The translations under genes and the position numbers were made by a program. Below the pieces are notes generated by a model, which was not told the origin of the DNA, did no database searches, and saw only the letters and a program-made list of their open reading frames with translations. From Azolla caroliniana (Eukaryota; Plantae; Polypodiophyta): a DNA stretch of 64,000 nucleotides. The stretch is taken from positions 17,980,001 to 18,044,000 of the forward strand of contig JBHGNT010000001.1 in assembly GCA_043228905.1 (NCBI GenBank). Direction: 5' to 3'. Shown here piece by piece: positions 58,898-64,000 of this stretch (positions are counted from its first letter, which is position 1; the number at the start of each line of letters is the position of its first letter).

Positions 58898-61800
58898 TGT
58901 TGAGAGACAAGCTCAACATCGGCCGGATCGGCTGAAGAAGCTGAGGACCGGATTGGTTGGGACCGATTGGTTAGGCCGAGTGCGTAAACCGGGAGGCCGT
59001 TAGGAAAGATATTCCGTGAGGAATATATTTGGGAGTTAGTGTAGGAGCTCTTAAAGAGCATTGAAGTAAGGTCAGTACTTCGGTCAGTCCTTCGAGGACT
59101 TGTATAAAAGTGTTCATGGAACACACATATGTATAGAGCAGTGAATCAAGATGTTTTGTTGAATATAGTTCTTGTGTTTTCTCTCTCTCACCCTCTCTGT
59201 CTCTCCCGCGTATACTGCGTAAGCTCAAGCTCTCCATTAAACCTGAGTTTTCTTCCTTCTGTTCGGTCTTCATACTTGCTTCCGCACGTTACTTTTTACA
59301 TGGTATCAGAGTGCGAGGGTTGAGAACCTCTATGCAGCCGACACAACTTGACGAAGAAGAACAAGAAGAACGATGGATAGAGGCATGGCGAGCTCGCTTC
59401 CAACAGAGAAGCTCGACAGAACCAACTACGCATCTTGGTCCTACAAGATGCACCAGTACCTGCTCGGGCATGGCTACTGGAGTTACGTCGAAGGAGCTAA
59501 TGACGCGGCACCCGAATCGACACACAGAGACTTCCCGTCGTGGGAACAATCGGCGAGCAGGGTATTATAATGCTTCGCGTCGTGTGTGGGCGAACAACTA
59601 TTGAGCTATGTTCGGGATGCAAAGACGCCGAAGGGTGCGTGGGAAAATCTGAAGAAGATTTTCGCCGCGAGCACCACAGCCAGGAAGCTTCAACTCCGAC
59701 AGGAGTTGAGCAACCTACGACAACGTGACTTGTCGGTGGCGGACTATACCTTGAAGATCAAGGATATCTGTGACTCCCTCGCCTCCATAGAGGTGAACAT
59801 CGAGGAGAGCGAGATGGTCCAGATTTGTCTCGGAGGTTTGGCATCGAAGTTCGGAGCGTTCCGAACGGCTGTGTGTACCCGGGAGAATATGCCGTCCTTT
59901 TTCGACTTACAGTCAATGCTCCTGGTAGAGGAGAACCACGCGGGTGCGTCTACAAGCACGCACACCGACAACAAAATGTTGTACATGGTGGGAGATAGGC
60001 CCCGTGGACGTGGAGGACGAGGCAAGTCGGCGCGCAATGGAGGCGGCCGACGAGATCAAGGAAGAAGGCACCAAAGTGATGCGGACAGCAACTCCGGACC
60101 CTCTGGAAATAGGAGGAGTCGAAGCGATGAGAACCGGCAAGGGAAGACCATCGCGGAGTGTTGGTACTATGGCAAGAAAGGCCACAGGGAAAGTGAGTGC
60201 TGGAAGAAGCGCGCCGATTCAGAGAGAACCGGTTCCGGAAACGGCTCCGGACATACCGACAAGAAAAATCAGCAGCGATCGCACTACGCTGAAGACTCCG
60301 GGAGAGCCGGAGAAGGGTCTGCCTTTGTGATGAGACACGAAACAAAGTCAATGAAACGGACCACCCCGAGATCGGATGAGGTGTGGTACGTAGACTCCGG
60401 CGCGTCAAACCACATGACGAGCCATAAGTAGTGGTTCTCGTACCTTGAAAAACTGATACAACCTGGAGTAGTCGCAAGTGGAGACGACACTCCGCATCCG
60501 ATCGCAAATGTCGGAGAAGTTCCCCTTAGCCATGTCGGGCAGAAAGGGAAACTCATGAACGTGCTGCACGTTCCGACAATCACGAAGAACTTGGTCTCGG
60601 TCGGACAGATCGTCGACCAAGGGATGGAGGTTCGGTTTACACACCTCGGGTGCTTCATTGAGGAAGAAGGCCGTGTGATTGCGCAAGGGCGCAGAGACGG
60701 GAGGATGTTCATCCTCGACTCCACTGACGGCAGCACCGCAATGTTCGCGAAGGGACAAAAATCCGAGTCGGACATTGACTTGTGGCACAAGCGGATAGGC
60801 CACGTCAACTACCAGCGGCTTCAAGATATGCAATCGAAACAGGTAGTGTTCGGATTGCCCAAGTTTAGTGGCCGAAAGGCACAAATTTGTGAAGCCTGCC
60901 AGCTCGGGAAGCAACACCGACTTCCTTTCCCCAACGAGCGAAACACGAGCCGGAACAAGCTCGACCTTATACACTCCGATGTATGGGGGCCGGGACAAAA
61001 CGTTAGTCTTGGCGGGAGCCGATATTTCGTCTCCTTCATCGACGACCACACGCGGCACACGTGGATCTACCTCATTGAGAGGAAGAGCGAAGTCTTCAAC
61101 TGTTTCCGGGACCTCAAAGGGTTCGTGGAAACAGAAACGGGACGAAAGATCAAGTGTTTGCGGTCGGATGGCGGGAAAGAGTACTTTTCTGGTCAATTCA
61201 ACGGTTATCTACAACAAATGGGAATTCGGCGTGAATTCAGTTGTAGATACATGCCGAAGTAGAATGGCGTGGCCGAGAGGAAGAATCGGTCAGTTGTGGA
61301 AGCGGCACGGGCAATGTTGGACGAGAAGAGCTTGCCCAAGTTCTACTGGGCCAAGGCGGTAAGGACCGCGGTATACATCCAGAACCGGATCGGAGACAAA
61401 GTGTCGGCGCACGAGCTACATTTCGGAACGAAGCCGAACTTGCGACACTTGAGGGTGTTCGGTAGCATTGCGTATGTGCATGTACCGAAGGAGAAAAGGA
61501 GGAAGCTAGACGCAAAGGCTGAGAAATGCATCTTGGTTGGTTACTCGGACGAGCAGAAGGGTTATAAGTGCTATAACCCTCGCACCAAACAAGCGCGTGT
61601 TAGCCGCGACGTTGTGTTTGACGAGTCCGCGTCCTGGTACCAGCCCCCGACTCCGAACCCCGACTTCAATCCGAGCTCTGACGATGAAGTCAGCGAGGCA
61701 GAGATGCCTCCGGATGAGCTCGAAATTGAGACCCGCGAAGAGAGTCCGATTTCACTCCGTTTAAGTGGACCGATTGGACGACTGAGTCGGTACGACCAGT

Positions 61801-64000
61801 CCGATGAAGAGCCGGCGAGTAGTGGAAACTCGGCCTTGCATTCCCCGCGCAGGAAGCCGAGGAGACGGCTTATGCGCAAAGAGAAAGGGAAGAAGAAGGT
61901 GTCGGATTCCGGCACGGATAGGAACGAGTCAGACCGACGCGAGTCCGACTCCGAGGGAATCGGTGACGGGTCTTTAAAAGTGAAGTCCACGTCGACCGAG
62001 AAGGCCTCGACATCGGCTAATGTGAGATTACGCCGATCTACCCGCCAGAAGAATCCTGTTTTGCGGTTCAGATACAACGAGTACATGGCGCATCATTATG
62101 CGTACATGACCCGTGTAACGTAAGTGCGTGAGCCGGAGAGCTACGCAGAAGCGGCTAAAGACGCGACTTGGCGTGCCGCGATGGAGGAAGAGATGCACGC
62201 ATTGGCAGAGAACGAGACCTGGGACCTGGTTGACGCACCGAAGGGTGTGAAGCCGATCGGGTGTAGGTGGGTGTACAAGGTCAAGTACAACACCGATGGC
62301 TCGGTCAACCGATACAAGGCTCGGCTAGTGGCAAAGGTCTACGCACAAAAACACGGCATCGACTACGATGAGACGTTTGCGCCGGTTGCGAAAATGACGA
62401 CCGTCCGTGTTTTGCTCGCAGTAGCTGGGGTGAAGGGGTGGCACTTACATCAGATGGATGTAAAGAATGCGTTCCTGCAAGGTGACCTTGAGGAACATGT
62501 GTACATGGTACAGCCCCCCGGTTTTCACTCTGGAACGAACTCCTCGGCAGTATGCCGACTGAAGAAGTCCCTTTACGGACTGAAGCAAGCCCCGCGTGCC
62601 TGGAACGCGAAGATCACGCAACAACTGCGTCGGATGGGCTTCGTCACATCAAAATCGGACTCTTCCCTGTTCATCCGGAAAGGTCGACTCGGACCGGTTA
62701 ATATTTTACTATATGTTGATGACTTGGTCATCACCGGCGCCGACCTCGGTGAAATCGACTGGGTGAAGCTCCAGCTAGCGGCATCGTTCGACATGAAGGA
62801 TCTGGGGGACCTTCATTACTTCCTCGGGATCGAAGTGATCCGCACCCCCGAAGGCATACTAATCAGCCAACGTCATTACGTGCTGAATATGCTCTTCAAA
62901 TTCGGGATGGCCGACTGTAAGTCCGTCTCGACTCCTCTGGACAGAACCGTCAAGCTTCGTCCCGATACGGGAAAGGTATGCGACCCGACGAGGTTTTGAC
63001 AAATTGTCGGAAGCCTCATATACTTGACCATCACCCGACCCGACCTCAGTTATCCGGTCGGAGTGATCAGTCAGTTCATGGCGCGACCTACCGAGGAGCA
63101 CCTTCAGTGTGCGCAACGCATACTTCGGTATGTCAACGACACTAAGGACCGGGGACTGCTATATCGGACCGGTGCAGCCGCGCAGTTAATCGGCTACACC
63201 GATGCTGATTGGGCTGGCAACGCCGCCGATTGCCGATCCACGTTCGGATACGCGTTCTCCCTCGGGAGTGCCGTGATCGCATGGAGCAGTAAGAAGCAGC
63301 CGACAGTTGCACTATCAAGCACCGAAGCTGAGTACCGAGAAGCGGCTGTCTCCGACATGCGAAGCCATATGGTTGAAGCAGCTACTTAGGGACCTGCAAG
63401 AGGAGGTGTCAGATCCGACGACGATCTATTGCGACAATCTCAACAGTATCCAGCTCGCGAAAAACCCCGTTTTCCATGCACAGACCAAGCACATTGAGGT
63501 GCACTACCATTTCGTCCGTGAGCGTGTCCTTTCCGGTGAAGTCGAACTTTAGTACGTTCCGACGGATCGACAGACTGCCGACATCTTCACCAAGCCTCTT
63601 GGTCTGGACAAGTTGCGGCAATTCTCAGGTGCACTCGGGTTCTCGACTTGCCAAACTTGAGGGGGAGAACAGTCCCGAACGACCAAGCAAGGCAACAGGA
63701 AAGGAGCGGAGACCGCGACATCACCGAGTCGGTTGACTCGATTGTCGAGTTCGACTTCGGATCGGCTGAAGAAGCCGAGGGCAGACCCGCGGAAAAGTCC
63801 GGAAGCGGACAGAAGGGGAGCAACCGAAGGAGAGAGCTGAAGCCAACCACGCATTGGGAAGATGACGCCATCGAGGGAGAGAAGACCGAAGACGAGTTGG
63901 AGACAGCCAACTCGGACGAGAGCGAAAACCGATCGGAGGTAGCCGAGTCGGTTCGGATGTTTGATTCAGATACGCTGAATCAACCAAGGCCCAAGCGGAA
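58898..64000 (+). mobile_element. Copia-10: near full-length copia; 5' LTR 58898-59300, PBS 59301-59311, disrupted gag-pol about 59385-63660; 3' LTR beyond the window
   Basis: TG...CA LTR, TGGTATCAGAG PBS, and gag, PR, INT, RT (YVDD) and RNaseH ORF pieces separated by stops. Confidence 0.93.

Overview
Plant nuclear DNA, probably a non-seed plant such as a fern. This is inferred from the Tcn1/Tf1-type chromovirus and the PLS-PPR remnant. About 85% of the window is nested LTR retrotransposons: ten Ty1/copia copies or fragments, a solo LTR, one chromovirus and two related non-chromovirus Ty3/gypsy elements. These surround one intact 4-exon host gene (TON1-recruiting-motif/DUF4378 protein, 24944-28474) and a PPR pseudogene. 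Most boundaries are fixed by TG...CA ends and 5-bp target-site duplications (TSDs) read directly from the sequence. Main discovery: the two non-chromovirus gypsy elements (41135-58783 minus; 47343-56717 plus) have no polypurine tract (PPT). Exactly 2 nt before the 3' LTR, each carries a 40-nt tRNA-3'-half mimic (T-stem, TTCG, an inserted hairpin with a compensatory base-pair change, acceptor strand, CCA). In the complete element this motif is complementary to its own primer binding site (PBS). Both elements also carry a conserved third ORF. Other notable features: a self-priming chromovirus with a tRNA-like Pol III box pair in its LTR, a copia with a fold-back 5' LTR (U5 at both ends), and a mini-copia with two in-frame deletions and a PPT duplicated inside its LTR. 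All alignments and counts were made by eye.
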